A DNA stretch of 64,000 nucleotides from Candidatus Omnitrophota bacterium (GTDB taxonomy: Bacteria; Omnitrophota; Gorgyraeia; Zapsychrales; Fredricksoniimonadaceae), in NCBI GenBank assembly GCA_963828495.1, contig CAWHFJ010000009.1, forward strand, positions 234,338 through 298,337. Reading direction: 5' to 3'. The position numbers and the translations under genes are program-made. Shown here in pieces: positions 1 through 8,900 of the stretch. The notes under the pieces are model-generated. The model saw nothing but the letters and a program-made list of their open reading frames with translations. It had not been told where the DNA came from and did no database searches. Position 1 is the first letter of the stretch, and every line of letters starts with the position of its first letter.

Positions 1-46
1 ATATTTATCTACTTTTAAAAATATTTATTATAGATATATTATTTTC

Positions 47-76
47 TTGACATATCCCAACTGTATCTGCTATTAT
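47..76 (+). promoter_or_regulatory. sigma70-type promoter candidate for ORF 109..540
   Basis: TTGACA at 47-52, an 18-nt spacer, then TATTAT at 71-76, read directly from the sequence. No other support. Confidence 0.3.
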
Positions 77-108
77 CTCTCTGTCTATATAGATACAAGG
101 GTGTTAAA

Positions 109-540
109 ATGACATATCAAGAATATTTAGCTCAAAAAAACCAAATACAAGAGGAGCTCTCTGAGCTACGAAACAAGCTTGTTACTCTTGAAAAATACTA
201 TCATTACTTTCAAGAAAAAGATGGAAAAAAGGAAGGACAGTCCATATTTCAGATTGCTCTTTCCGACCTATCCGCGTCTCGCCCTAGTGATCCAGGCCGT
301 ACTGAAAAAGTTCGTCGTTTTATACACTCTTCGACGGATTGGTTCCGCAATCATGATGTTTTAAATTACATTAACATAAATTTTCCTAATCATGGTTTAG
401 GCACTACCAGGATTTCAACTATTTTAGCCCACCTGTGTAAAATGGGCGAGCTGGAAAGAATGGAAAGCCAAAACCGTAGAGAAGGACATACGTATAGACT
501 GAAAAGCCGCGTTCAAAAGGAAGAAGAATTTGAATTATAG
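109..540 (+). CDS. hypothetical protein with a coiled-coil-like N-terminus and a winged-helix-like C-terminus
   Basis: ORF from the track in an AT-rich context. The C-terminal stretch TTRISTILAHLCKMGELERMESQNRREGHTYRL resembles a recognition helix plus wing. I do not recognise a family. Confidence 0.55.
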   Translation: MTYQEYLAQKNQIQEELSELRNKLVTLEKYYHYFQEKDGKKEGQSIFQIALSDLSASRPSDPGRTEKVRRFIHSSTDWFRNHDVLNYININFPNHGLGTTRISTILAHLCKMGELERMESQNRREGHTYRLKSRVQKEEEFEL

Positions 541-784
541 TAAGCAGGAACGGCCGGAATAGCATAAGCTGGATAATGCACTCCTCTGTCGAAGGGTGGG
601 ATGTGAGTCCAACTCTCACTAGGGCCACAACACAACTATATTCTGATTAAGTTGTACCATTTTTCAAGATAAAAGTCAATTATTTCATTAGGGAGCTAAT
701 CCTTCCCTCTCTACCATAAGAGATATTGCTTGAAAAATTGTGTGTTACTTTTAAATTTTTATTTCGTATAGAATAGGAGAAAAA

Positions 785-1318
785 ATGAAACGTCTAGCGA
801 TTTTTATTGATGGAAGCAATCTCCATGGTGGGTTAGGAAGAATGACTGACCTTCACAGAAGTTTATCAAAACTTAAAGCAACCCAACACTATTTCATTGA
901 TTTTAAAAAACTGCGTGACTCCTTCCATAAACCAACAGATGAGGAACTAGTCAAAGTTTATTACGCTAGGTCAGAAACAGATGCGGAATTAAATACACGT
1001 AAAGATTTTTATAGAACGCTTAATACATTAGGCTATAAACTCGATATTAAAGAACGAAAAAACCAAGCAAAAGAAAAAGGCGTTGACATGGCTATAGCGA
1101 TGGAAATGCTAATATTGGCCTTTTATAATGTATATGATGAAGCAATTTTAGTGGCTGGAGATGCTGATTATTGCCAATTAGTCAGAGAAGTTCAGCGTTT
1201 TGGGAAACGAGTTGGCATTGCGGCATTTGCTGAAGACCCGGGACTTAGTAATAAACTTCTTAACGAATCTGATTTCTTCACCAATCTAACCATACAGGAC
1301 ATTTTGATTATAAAATGA
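785..1318 (+). CDS. NYN domain (LabA/DUF88-like, PIN-related) protein
   Basis: AGGAG lies 6 nt upstream of the ATG. Motifs are LAIFIDGSNL at the N-terminus, KGVDMAIAMEM, and LVAGDADYCQLVREVQRFGKRV, which match the NYN-family pattern. Confidence 0.85.
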   Translation: MKRLAIFIDGSNLHGGLGRMTDLHRSLSKLKATQHYFIDFKKLRDSFHKPTDEELVKVYYARSETDAELNTRKDFYRTLNTLGYKLDIKERKNQAKEKGVDMAIAMEMLILAFYNVYDEAILVAGDADYCQLVREVQRFGKRVGIAAFAEDPGLSNKLLNESDFFTNLTIQDILIIK

Positions 1319-1320
1319 AA

Positions 1321-1356
1321 GGGAGCCAGCTTTCGCCAGCTCCCTCTTATTTTCTT
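1321..1356 (+). terminator. candidate intrinsic terminator after the NYN gene
   Basis: GGGAGC...GCTCCC stem followed by the T-rich tail TCTTATTTTCTTT. The stem is imperfect. Confidence 0.45.
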
Positions 1357-1695
1357 TCCCGATGCTAGTTAGGCTAAGCGACCCCATCGGGTAGGCACTT
1401 CTTAGCCCTTGTTGTATCTACTAAAAGTATACCCTTTACATATAAGCCCTGTCAAGCCCTCTCAAAAGTACATAAAAAACTAAATGTTTAATTTGTCGAC
1501 GGGTAGAGTTATCGGAATTTTTGAAAAATATCAAAAAATCGCTATTTTGTTAATTAAATCATCCCTTTCCTAATTCATGTCAAAACAATCTTAATAAGCT
1601 TTATACCCCAAACCCACATATTTTTTCCCTTTACATCTCCTCATAAAAACATTCTACGGGAAGCCCAAAATGAATCAATTGAACCAAGGTATAAA

Positions 1696-1722
1696 ATAGG
1701 GAGCAGCTCCCTATTCTTTATT
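1696..1722 (+). terminator. hairpin plus T-rich tail that precedes tRNA-3'-end copy A
   Basis: ATAGGGAG-CAG-CTCCCTAT gives an 8-bp stem, followed by TCTTTATT. Confidence 0.4.
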
Positions 1723-1742
1723 ACAGAAGGTTACGCGAGCAC

Positions 1743-1756
1743 TAGCCCCAACCGGA
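1743..1756. repeat. att-like copy A of the tRNA-Glu 3' end
   Basis: TAGCCCCAACCGGA is identical to 2055-2068 inside the tRNA gene. Confidence 0.7.
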
Positions 1757-1847
1757 AAAGGCTTCAGTGGTTACACCCTTGCTTCTCGTTACCTTGTTGC
1801 TTTCCAACGGATTTCTTTGAAGAGAGATTCGAACACGAAGGTAACAA

Positions 1848-1883
1848 TTAAATTTGAAAGGGCAAAAGCCCTTTCAAATTTAA
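1848..1883. terminator. perfect hairpin that precedes tRNA-3'-end copy B
   Basis: AAATTTGAAAGGGC-AAAA-GCCCTTTCAAATT flanked by A/T runs, so it has the shape of a bidirectional terminator. Confidence 0.45.
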
Positions 1884-1899
1884 TTGCCCCAACCGGATT
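1884..1899. repeat. att-like copy B of the tRNA-Glu 3' end
   Basis: The core GCCCCAACCGGATT at 1886-1899 is identical to 2057-2070 of the tRNA gene. Confidence 0.7.
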
Positions 1900-2016
1900 G
1901 CGTAAGCCGCTGTTATTTCCGCCGGCTTACGGCTCGATGACTTACTAAAAACATTCAGGGAAGTCATCGAGTGAACGGGCCTAAAGGCCCAGCTTCAAAT
2001 CGGAAGGGAACATACC
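1900..2016. other. structured non-coding unit with three consecutive hairpins (sRNA or element remnant candidate)
   Basis: Three stems are present: 1901-1909/1923-1931 (9 bp), 1933-1943/1961-1971 (11 bp) and 1977-1981/1986-1990 (GGGCC-TAAA-GGCCC). There is no ORF. Confidence 0.3.
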
Positions 2017-2051
2017 AATAAAAAGAGGAGGCTTCAGCCTCCTCTTTTTAT
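2017..2051. terminator. bidirectional intrinsic terminator abutting the 3' end of tRNA-Glu
   Basis: AATAAAAAGAGGAGGC-TTCA-GCCTCCTCTTTTTATT forms a perfect stem with an A-run and a T-run. Confidence 0.75.
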
Positions 2052-2129
2052 TGGTAGCCCCAACCGGATTTGAACCGGTGTTTTCTGCCTGAGAAGCAGA
2101 CGTCCTAGACCAGGCTAGACGATGGGGCC
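2052..2129 (-). tRNA. tRNA-Glu (anticodon CUC), CCA encoded
   Basis: The reverse complement GGCCCCATCGTCTAGCCTGGTCTAGGACGTCTGCTTCTCAGGCAGAAAACACCGGTTCAAATCCGGTTGGGGCTACCA folds as a cloverleaf. The anticodon loop is TTCTCAG. Confidence 0.9.
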
Positions 2130-2202
2130 TAAATTATAAATATCATTGACACTTATCGTCTTGAATTTATAATCAAAGACAAAATAGCATAAGGAGCTTC
2201 GA

Positions 2203-2619
2203 TTGTCTACCACTATCGGCGTTGGATTTAGCAAAATCCCGGATCCTAAAACAGCCACCACACAGGCTTGCACACAACTCAAAACCCTCCTCAAAACATC
2301 TGAAACAGATTTAGTAATCGTCTTCGTCTCCCCTGAATATGCGTCCCAAGAAATTCTGGAAATTATCACCCAGGCCCTCAAGCCTAAACGTTTGGTCGGT
2401 TCTTCCACCGGCGTCGTCATTTTACCCGACGGCGCAGCCCCTCACGGGATCGCACTGGTAGGTATTAATTCCGACGAAATGAAGTTCGGCATCTCTGCCG
2501 TCATGGACATCAACAACCTGGACATGCGCCACACCGGATTTGAACTTGCCAAAAAAGCCGGCGGTGACCTTCAAACGTCCACCGCGGGATATCTTCATCA
2601 CTTTTTCAGCAGGCATTGA
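2203..2619 (+). CDS. FIST-domain sensor protein, N-terminal fragment (frame-interrupted)
   Basis: TTG start with AAGGAG upstream. IGVGFS...DLVIVFVSPEY...LVGSSTGVVI is FIST_N-like. The frame is lost around 2540-2600. Confidence 0.7.
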   Translation: MSTTIGVGFSKIPDPKTATTQACTQLKTLLKTSETDLVIVFVSPEYASQEILEIITQALKPKRLVGSSTGVVILPDGAAPHGIALVGINSDEMKFGISAVMDINNLDMRHTGFELAKKAGGDLQTSTAGYLHHFFSRH

Positions 2620-3391
2620 AAAAGATACTACCCAGTTTATCCGTGGGGTCAGGGAAATGCTCGGCGGAGGGTTTCCTGTCATCGGGGCCATTTCCAGTGA
2701 CCATTTCAAATATAAAGAACTCAACCAATTCTTTCAGGACCAAATATTACAAAATTCCACAGTCGGTGTCTTATTAGGAGGCACGTTTGCTATCGCCTTA
2801 GGCTCTAAACACGGCTTTAAACCGCTGGGTAAACCGCGCACCGTCACTCAAGTCGACGGTCCCCTGATCCGCATGATCGATCATCAACCGGCCGTCGATA
2901 TTTATAGACATTTCCTTGGCCCCAAAGCCGATCAATTAAAAAATATGGGTTTGAATTCCCCTGCGGCTAGGTATCCGCTGGGTGTTTACTTGGAAGAAGA
3001 CCGGCAATATTTGTTGCGTAACATCATTGACATCCTGGAAGACGGTAGTATCGTATGTCAGGAGGGCATCCCGCGGGGGGCTGAAGTGCATTTGATGATC
3101 AGCAATAAAGATTCTTGCCACAAATCCGCCGTTGGTGCGGCGGAAATAGTCAAAACCACCCTGGGAGGCAAACAAGCTAAACTCATACTTGTCTTTGAGT
3201 CCTTGGCCCGCCATAAAATATTGGGGCGATCTGTCGCCGGTGAAATTCAGGCCGTCAGAGAAATCTTGGGGGCCACAACACCGATCGTAGGCATGTGTGC
3301 CTACGGTGAAATAGCCCCTTTTGGGTCACTCAACAATATTAAGAATATTTATTTACATAATGAAAGCATCCTTATCGTGGCCATCGCATAA
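2540..3391 (+). CDS. FIST-domain sensor protein, C-terminal fragment (continues 2203..2619 in the +1 frame)
   Basis: DIFITFSAGIEKDTTQFIRGV...FPVIGAISSD...GMCAYGEIAPF matches the FIST_N/FIST_C pattern. The true coding part starts near 2570. Confidence 0.7.
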   Translation: MNLPKKPAVTFKRPPRDIFITFSAGIEKDTTQFIRGVREMLGGGFPVIGAISSDHFKYKELNQFFQDQILQNSTVGVLLGGTFAIALGSKHGFKPLGKPRTVTQVDGPLIRMIDHQPAVDIYRHFLGPKADQLKNMGLNSPAARYPLGVYLEEDRQYLLRNIIDILEDGSIVCQEGIPRGAEVHLMISNKDSCHKSAVGAAEIVKTTLGGKQAKLILVFESLARHKILGRSVAGEIQAVREILGATTPIVGMCAYGEIAPFGSLNNIKNIYLHNESILIVAIA

Positions 3392-3400
3392 GATCAACCT

Positions 3401-4951
3401 ATGAACTCTTTGGGCGCTGCCAATCCTCAAGTTCTATGGACACTCGGTATTTGCGTCTTTGTACTGCTGTGTGCAACGGCCTACCTTTTCTTTGCCTTTC
3501 TCAGCAAGCAGGAAACCATCCGGCAAATGAACGAGGCGCATAATAAACTGATGCGTTCCTTTAACGACCTCGACGAACAAGCAAAGTTGATCGTGCGCAC
3601 AGACCTGGAACTTAATCGTGCCCAGGAGGAATTGGATAAACGTCTCAACGCCCTTAACGCTTTGCAAAGGACATCCCATCAAATCAGCCAGGCGCTTAAC
3701 GAATCCGAGATTTTTCAGAAGCTCTCTTTGTCTCTCTTTGAAAATCTGGGATTTGCCCGGGCCTTGATCGCCACCATCGATGATAGCCGCCATTTACGCG
3801 TCCGTCTTAACAGCGGATTTAAAGAACCCCGTGCGATCGCCCTATTAAAAGAATTCGAAGAGGATGCCTACCTGAAGGAGCTCCTCAAAGACCCCAAAAC
3901 TCTTTCATCCATTAACTGCCCGCACAAAACAAAAGAAAAACTGCTGCAGGCATTTGACTCCGAGCATTTTATCTTTTCGTCTATTTTGTCGCAAAACGGC
4001 AGCGTCGGTTTCGTATTCGCCGGCAACCGTTATACGGCGCCCAGCGTTGTCCAAAGCGATGAGGAGTTGATCTCCATTCTCGCCGCACAAATAGGCCAAT
4101 CGATCGAAAATGCGCAGTTATTTGAAAAAGTGTTCCGGTCAAGCCAGGAATTGGAAATAAAAGTCAGGGAACGTACCAAGCAGCTGGCCAGCGCTCTGGA
4201 AAAAGTGGAAGACATCAGTAAGAAAAAAACTGAATTTATCTCCGCTGTTTCGCATGAACTGCGGACCCCTTTGACTTCCATCAAAGGCTATGCCGTCCTG
4301 TTAATGGCCGGGAAAATCGGCGAGGTCCCCCCGGCGGTCAAAGAACGTCTGGCTAAAATCAATGCCCATTCCGATAATTTGGTCAGCCTGATCAACAACC
4401 TTTTGGACATCGCCCGCATCGAATCCGGACGCCAAGAGATGAAATTCGGTATGTGCAAAATCAAAAGTATTATCGATAATGTGGCTGATATCCTACAGCC
4501 GCAAATAACCGCCAAAAGTATTAAATTGCAATTGATTGTCCCTGAAGAGACCGGCGAAGTTTACACGGACACTTCCCAGATTGAACGTGTCTTTATCAAT
4601 CTGTTGAGTAACGCTATCAAATTTACACCCCCCAACGGGACCATCACGGTGAAAGGGGCCCCCGGACTGGATAAAGGATATGTCGTCTTTAGCGTATCTG
4701 ACACCGGTATCGGCATCCCCGCCTCCGACATACAAAAGCTATTCAGTGAATTTTTCCGGGTGGACAATGAAATCAACCAGAATGTCAAAGGCACAGGGCT
4801 TGGACTGGTCCTGGCTAAAAATATTGTCCAAGCGCACCGGGGCAAAATTTGGGTGCAGAGCACGGCCGGCATGGGGACCACTTTTTATTTTACGCTGCCT
4901 GCCTCCCAAGAGACATTTGAAGACAACAAACCCTTAACAGCCGTACCTTGA
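3401..4951 (+). CDS. sensor histidine kinase (TM, coiled coil, GAF, HisKA, HATPase_c)
   Basis: H-box SHELRTPLTSIKGY, N-box LLSNAIKFTP, G1 DTGIGI and G2 GTGLGL, with an N-terminal hydrophobic helix. Confidence 0.9.
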   Translation: MNSLGAANPQVLWTLGICVFVLLCATAYLFFAFLSKQETIRQMNEAHNKLMRSFNDLDEQAKLIVRTDLELNRAQEELDKRLNALNALQRTSHQISQALNESEIFQKLSLSLFENLGFARALIATIDDSRHLRVRLNSGFKEPRAIALLKEFEEDAYLKELLKDPKTLSSINCPHKTKEKLLQAFDSEHFIFSSILSQNGSVGFVFAGNRYTAPSVVQSDEELISILAAQIGQSIENAQLFEKVFRSSQELEIKVRERTKQLASALEKVEDISKKKTEFISAVSHELRTPLTSIKGYAVLLMAGKIGEVPPAVKERLAKINAHSDNLVSLINNLLDIARIESGRQEMKFGMCKIKSIIDNVADILQPQITAKSIKLQLIVPEETGEVYTDTSQIERVFINLLSNAIKFTPPNGTITVKGAPGLDKGYVVFSVSDTGIGIPASDIQKLFSEFFRVDNEINQNVKGTGLGLVLAKNIVQAHRGKIWVQSTAGMGTTFYFTLPASQETFEDNKPLTAVP

Positions 4952-4957
4952 TCGCTT

Positions 4958-5890
4958 ATGCGTAAAGAACGAATTCTTATCATTGATGATGACCCTGATA
5001 TTCGCGACGTCCTTGAACTTAGCCTGTCGGAATATTATGCCATTTCTGCCGCCACCAACGGTCAAGAAGGCCTGGAGATGGTCAAAACTAAAAACCCGGA
5101 TTTAATCATCACCGACTATAATATGCCGGTCATGAACGGCCCTGAGTTCTGCCGTAATCTGCGCCGTGACATTCTGCTGCGCCATCTGCCTGTCATCATG
5201 CTCACCGGTAAAGGAGAAACCAAGGACATGGTCACCGGCATAGAATCCGGAGCTGATGATTACTTGGTCAAGCCCTTTGAGCCTGAAAGCCTGCTGGCAC
5301 GTATTCGCATGATTTTAAAGAGGACCGTCCGTTCGCTGGACGCCAACCCCCTCACCCATCTGCCGGGGAATTCCTCTATTATGGAAGAATTCCAAAGCCA
5401 TATCGACGCCGGAAAGCCCTTCGCGGTGGGCTATGCGGACTTAGACAAATTTAAGATCTATAACGATAAATACGGTTTTGAATGCGGGGATGAGATCATC
5501 CGCGCGCTGGCCCGTATCCTCATCGATGCCACTCAACAGTTTTGCGGAGAAGACGCTTTTGTCGGTCATATCGGAGGGGATGACTTTATATTTATCTGCG
5601 CCGATGATAAAGCCGATGCCATCAGCCAAAAAATCATTAATGACTTTGATAAACTCTCCCCCAGCTTCTACAACGATGAAGACCGCCGGGCAGGTTTTAT
5701 CATGGGTGTTGACCGCCAGGGCAATACCATCAAAGCCGGATTAGTCTCTATTTCCATCGGCATTGTCAGCAATACCAACCAAAAAATAACCCACGTGGCC
5801 CAAATCGGAGAAATTGGTGCGGAGTTAAAGAAATACGCCAAGGCTATCGATAAAAGTAATTTCCAACGGGACCAAAGAAAACAACTATAG
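4958..5890 (+). CDS. response regulator, REC plus GGDEF-family domain with a GGDDF signature
   Basis: REC motifs are IIDDD, DLIITDYNMP and DDYLVKPF. The cyclase-like domain carries YADLDKFKIYND and HIGGDDFIFIC. Confidence 0.85.
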   Translation: MRKERILIIDDDPDIRDVLELSLSEYYAISAATNGQEGLEMVKTKNPDLIITDYNMPVMNGPEFCRNLRRDILLRHLPVIMLTGKGETKDMVTGIESGADDYLVKPFEPESLLARIRMILKRTVRSLDANPLTHLPGNSSIMEEFQSHIDAGKPFAVGYADLDKFKIYNDKYGFECGDEIIRALARILIDATQQFCGEDAFVGHIGGDDFIFICADDKADAISQKIINDFDKLSPSFYNDEDRRAGFIMGVDRQGNTIKAGLVSISIGIVSNTNQKITHVAQIGEIGAELKKYAKAIDKSNFQRDQRKQL

Positions 5891-5929
5891 CTCTTCTGTC
5901 CTCCTGAGGCTAATCCGAAAAATCTCTGC

Positions 5930-8900
5930 TTATGGGCAATTGTTCACGCAAGAGATCTCGACAAAGCCGCCCGACGGACAAGAGTATGAACCTATACTAC
6001 CGCCGCACGACCTGCCGACATTCTGTGATTGATCAGTGCCTGACGGAAAAGATCCTCCGGTCATCCAGCCGCACTGACATGCAGGACATCCAAAAGCAGG
6101 AACACACGGAGTTACTGTACACGTATATTTTGATGCGACTGACCCTCCACATGTCCCGCAAACATCCCTCGTTTGACAAGTATCACCGGTACAACCGCAA
6201 CCGCTAGCGCAAGATGAGCCGGCTGTTCCGCCGCATACGCCGCAAACATCCTTCGTTTCACAAGTATCACCGGTACAACCGCAGCCGCCAGCGCAGGATG
6301 AGCCCGCTGTTCCGCCGCATACGCCGCAAACATCCTTCGTTTGACAAGTATCACCGGTACAACCGCAGCCGCCAGCGCAGGATGAGCCCGCTGTTCCGCC
6401 GCATACGCCGCAAACATCCTTCGTTTCACAAGTATCACCGGTACAACCGCAGCCGCCAGCGCAGGATGAGCCCGCTGTTCCGCCGCATACCCCGCAAACA
6501 TCCTTCGTTTCACAAGTATCCCCAGTACAACCGCAGCCGCCAGCGCAAGATGAGCCCGCTGTTCCGCCGCATACGCCGCAAACATCCCTTGTTTTACAAG
6601 TATCACCACTACAACCGCAGCCGCCAGCGCAGGATGAGCCCGCTGTTCCGCCGCATACGCCGCAAACATCCTTCGTTTCACAAGTATCACCGGTACAACC
6701 GCAGCCGCTAGCGCAGGATGAGCCCGCTGTTCCGCCGCATACGCCGCAGGCATCAAGAATTGAACAAGTATCACTAGAGCTACAACAAGCCCCTGTACCC
6801 GTACATGCCGTGCAATGTCCGGAAACTCCGCAAGAGGCTGTTGTCCCTGCACAGCTGCCTACACACACATTGCCAACACAGTTCGGAGTACTACCGCTAC
6901 ATGACGTACAATTTCCAGGTGTTCCGCAAGAGGCTGATGTCCCGGCACAGCTGGCCACACACACATTGCCAACACAGTTCGGAGTACTACCGCTACATGA
7001 CGTACAATTTCCAGGTGTTCCGCAAGAGGCTGATGTCCCTGCACAGTCGGCCACACACACATTGCCAACACAGTTCGGGGTGCTACCGCTACATGTCGTG
7101 CAATGTCCGGAAACTCCGCAAGAGGCTGATGTCCCTGCACAGTTGGCTACACACACATTGCCGACACAGTTCGGGGTGCTACCACTACATGCCGTACAAT
7201 TGCCGGAAACTCCGCAAGAGGCTGCTGTCCCTGCACAGTTGGCTACACACACATTACCGACACAGTTCGGGGTGCTACCGCTACATGCCGTACAATTCCC
7301 CGCTATTCCGCAAGAGGCTGCTGTCCCTGCACAGCCGGCCACACACACATTGCCGACACAGTCCGGAGTGCTACCGCTACATGCCGTACAATTGCCGGAA
7401 ACCCCGCAAGAGGCTGCTGTCCCTGCACAGTTGGCTACACACACATTGCCGACACAGTTCGGGGTGCTACCGCTACATGCCGTACAATTCCCCGCTGTTC
7501 CGCAAGAGGCTGCTGTCCCTGCACAGTTGGCTGAACATGCTCCCGCTACACAGGAGCCACTGGAACAAACATTACCGCAGCTACCACAATTATTTTTATC
7601 TGTTGTCGTATTAACACACGTGCCATTACATAACGTCTCATTTCCCGCGCAGCCGCACATGCCGGGTGTACCGGCGGTGCTGCTACTGCAAACCTGCCCA
7701 TTAGGACATCCTCCTTGATGGCTCCCGCAAACATTGCCGCAACTGTCGGTCCCGCAATTATTATTCCCGCAAGGCGTTATGGATACGCAGGCGTTACCGT
7801 TCCAAATCTGACAGAGGGATCCTGAGGGGCCAACAGCAGTACAAATCGATTGGCAAACGCCAACCCCATTACTATAATTGCCACATTGCTGGCCTGAGGG
7901 ACATCCACCATTATTGGCCCCGCACTTGACGGTACAACTGTCCGTACCGCAATTATATGGAGGCGAACCTGACCCACAAGTAGTCTTGGGAGTGCAGCAA
8001 TTGCTGTTCGGACATTGAATACATCCAGGCCCACTGGGATTTGGTTCATACCCTTGAATGCATTGACAAGAATTCGCCGCCCCTCCCCAAGAGGTCGGCA
8101 CTCCGGTACAGTACATGCCTGTCGGGCAATTATAAGACACACAGCTAGAAGGGCCTCCCGTCGTTGAACATGGTGTGCCGCTAGAAGGCTTAGTACATGT
8201 GTATGAGCCATCCGAATTTAATATGGCCTGACATGGTTCACAGGCATTGTTTTGCGAGCTCCAAATAGCATATGAATCACATTGACATTCTACGCTGGTC
8301 GGACATGCAGGATTACACCATGCATTCGCACCGCAAGTGACCGGCACGCATGAACTTGAACTCGCACTCCAAGTAGTACATGGCTGTGTACAGGTTTGAC
8401 CGCATGAGTTATTTAGGCTGTCATACGTAGTCCCTGCCGGACAGATGCATTGGGTGCAATCGGTACTAGGAATAGAGCCGCAGGGCGGCCCAGGACTGGG
8501 GCACGGGCCCTGAGCAGAAGGACAAGTCAAAGTATTTGAACAACCGCAATGGCCATCAGGGGGAAGGCAAATTTGGCCGGTTGGGCATGAGCAAGCAGTG
8601 ACCCCCGTACATGTCACCTTCCCAGACCCTGAACAATAGCTCCCTCCAAAAGTCGGCTCCGGACATGCGCAGGTCTCATACATGACGGGCGTACCATAGC
8701 TTCCCGGAGGCGGACAAATAACCGGACACCAGCCACCATTGATGGCCTGAGGATTTTCTCCCAAGATGACACGAGTAATTGAGTTATAATAGCCCTGGGC
8801 CGAGTTGTGCACCTGGGACATCAGCGCCCCTTGCCTGAAACTGGCGATGACCACCACCGCAACCACCGCTAATAGCAAAAGATACTCTAATGACGTTTGG

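Noticed and set aside
419-628. ORF 419..628 (-) and ORF 179..364 (+).
   Set aside because: They overlap or sit antisense to ORF 109..540. They have no RBS and no recognisable motifs.
1379-1400. GACCCCATCGGGTAGGC, which resembles the 5' end of tRNA-Glu in the opposite orientation.
   Set aside because: It is only a partial match of about 13/17. No cloverleaf can be completed around it, so it is probably chance or a very degraded remnant.
6155-7550. Regular 84-bp and 96-bp periodicity that could be mistaken for a CRISPR array.
   Set aside because: The repeats are contiguous, with no unique spacers. They are multiples of 3 and lie in frame within one long ORF. No cas genes are nearby.
6112-7718. 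Long ORFs in other frames or on the other strand across the repeat region (6214..6711 +, 6805..7614 +, 6810..7718 +, 6112..6852 -, 6859..7140 -).
   Set aside because: They are mirror ORFs produced by stop-free periodic GC-rich repeats. Their products are low-complexity (RRIRRKHPSF.., LPTQFGVLPLH..). The minus-strand frame is continuous with the pilin-like N-terminus and the non-repeat Cys modules.
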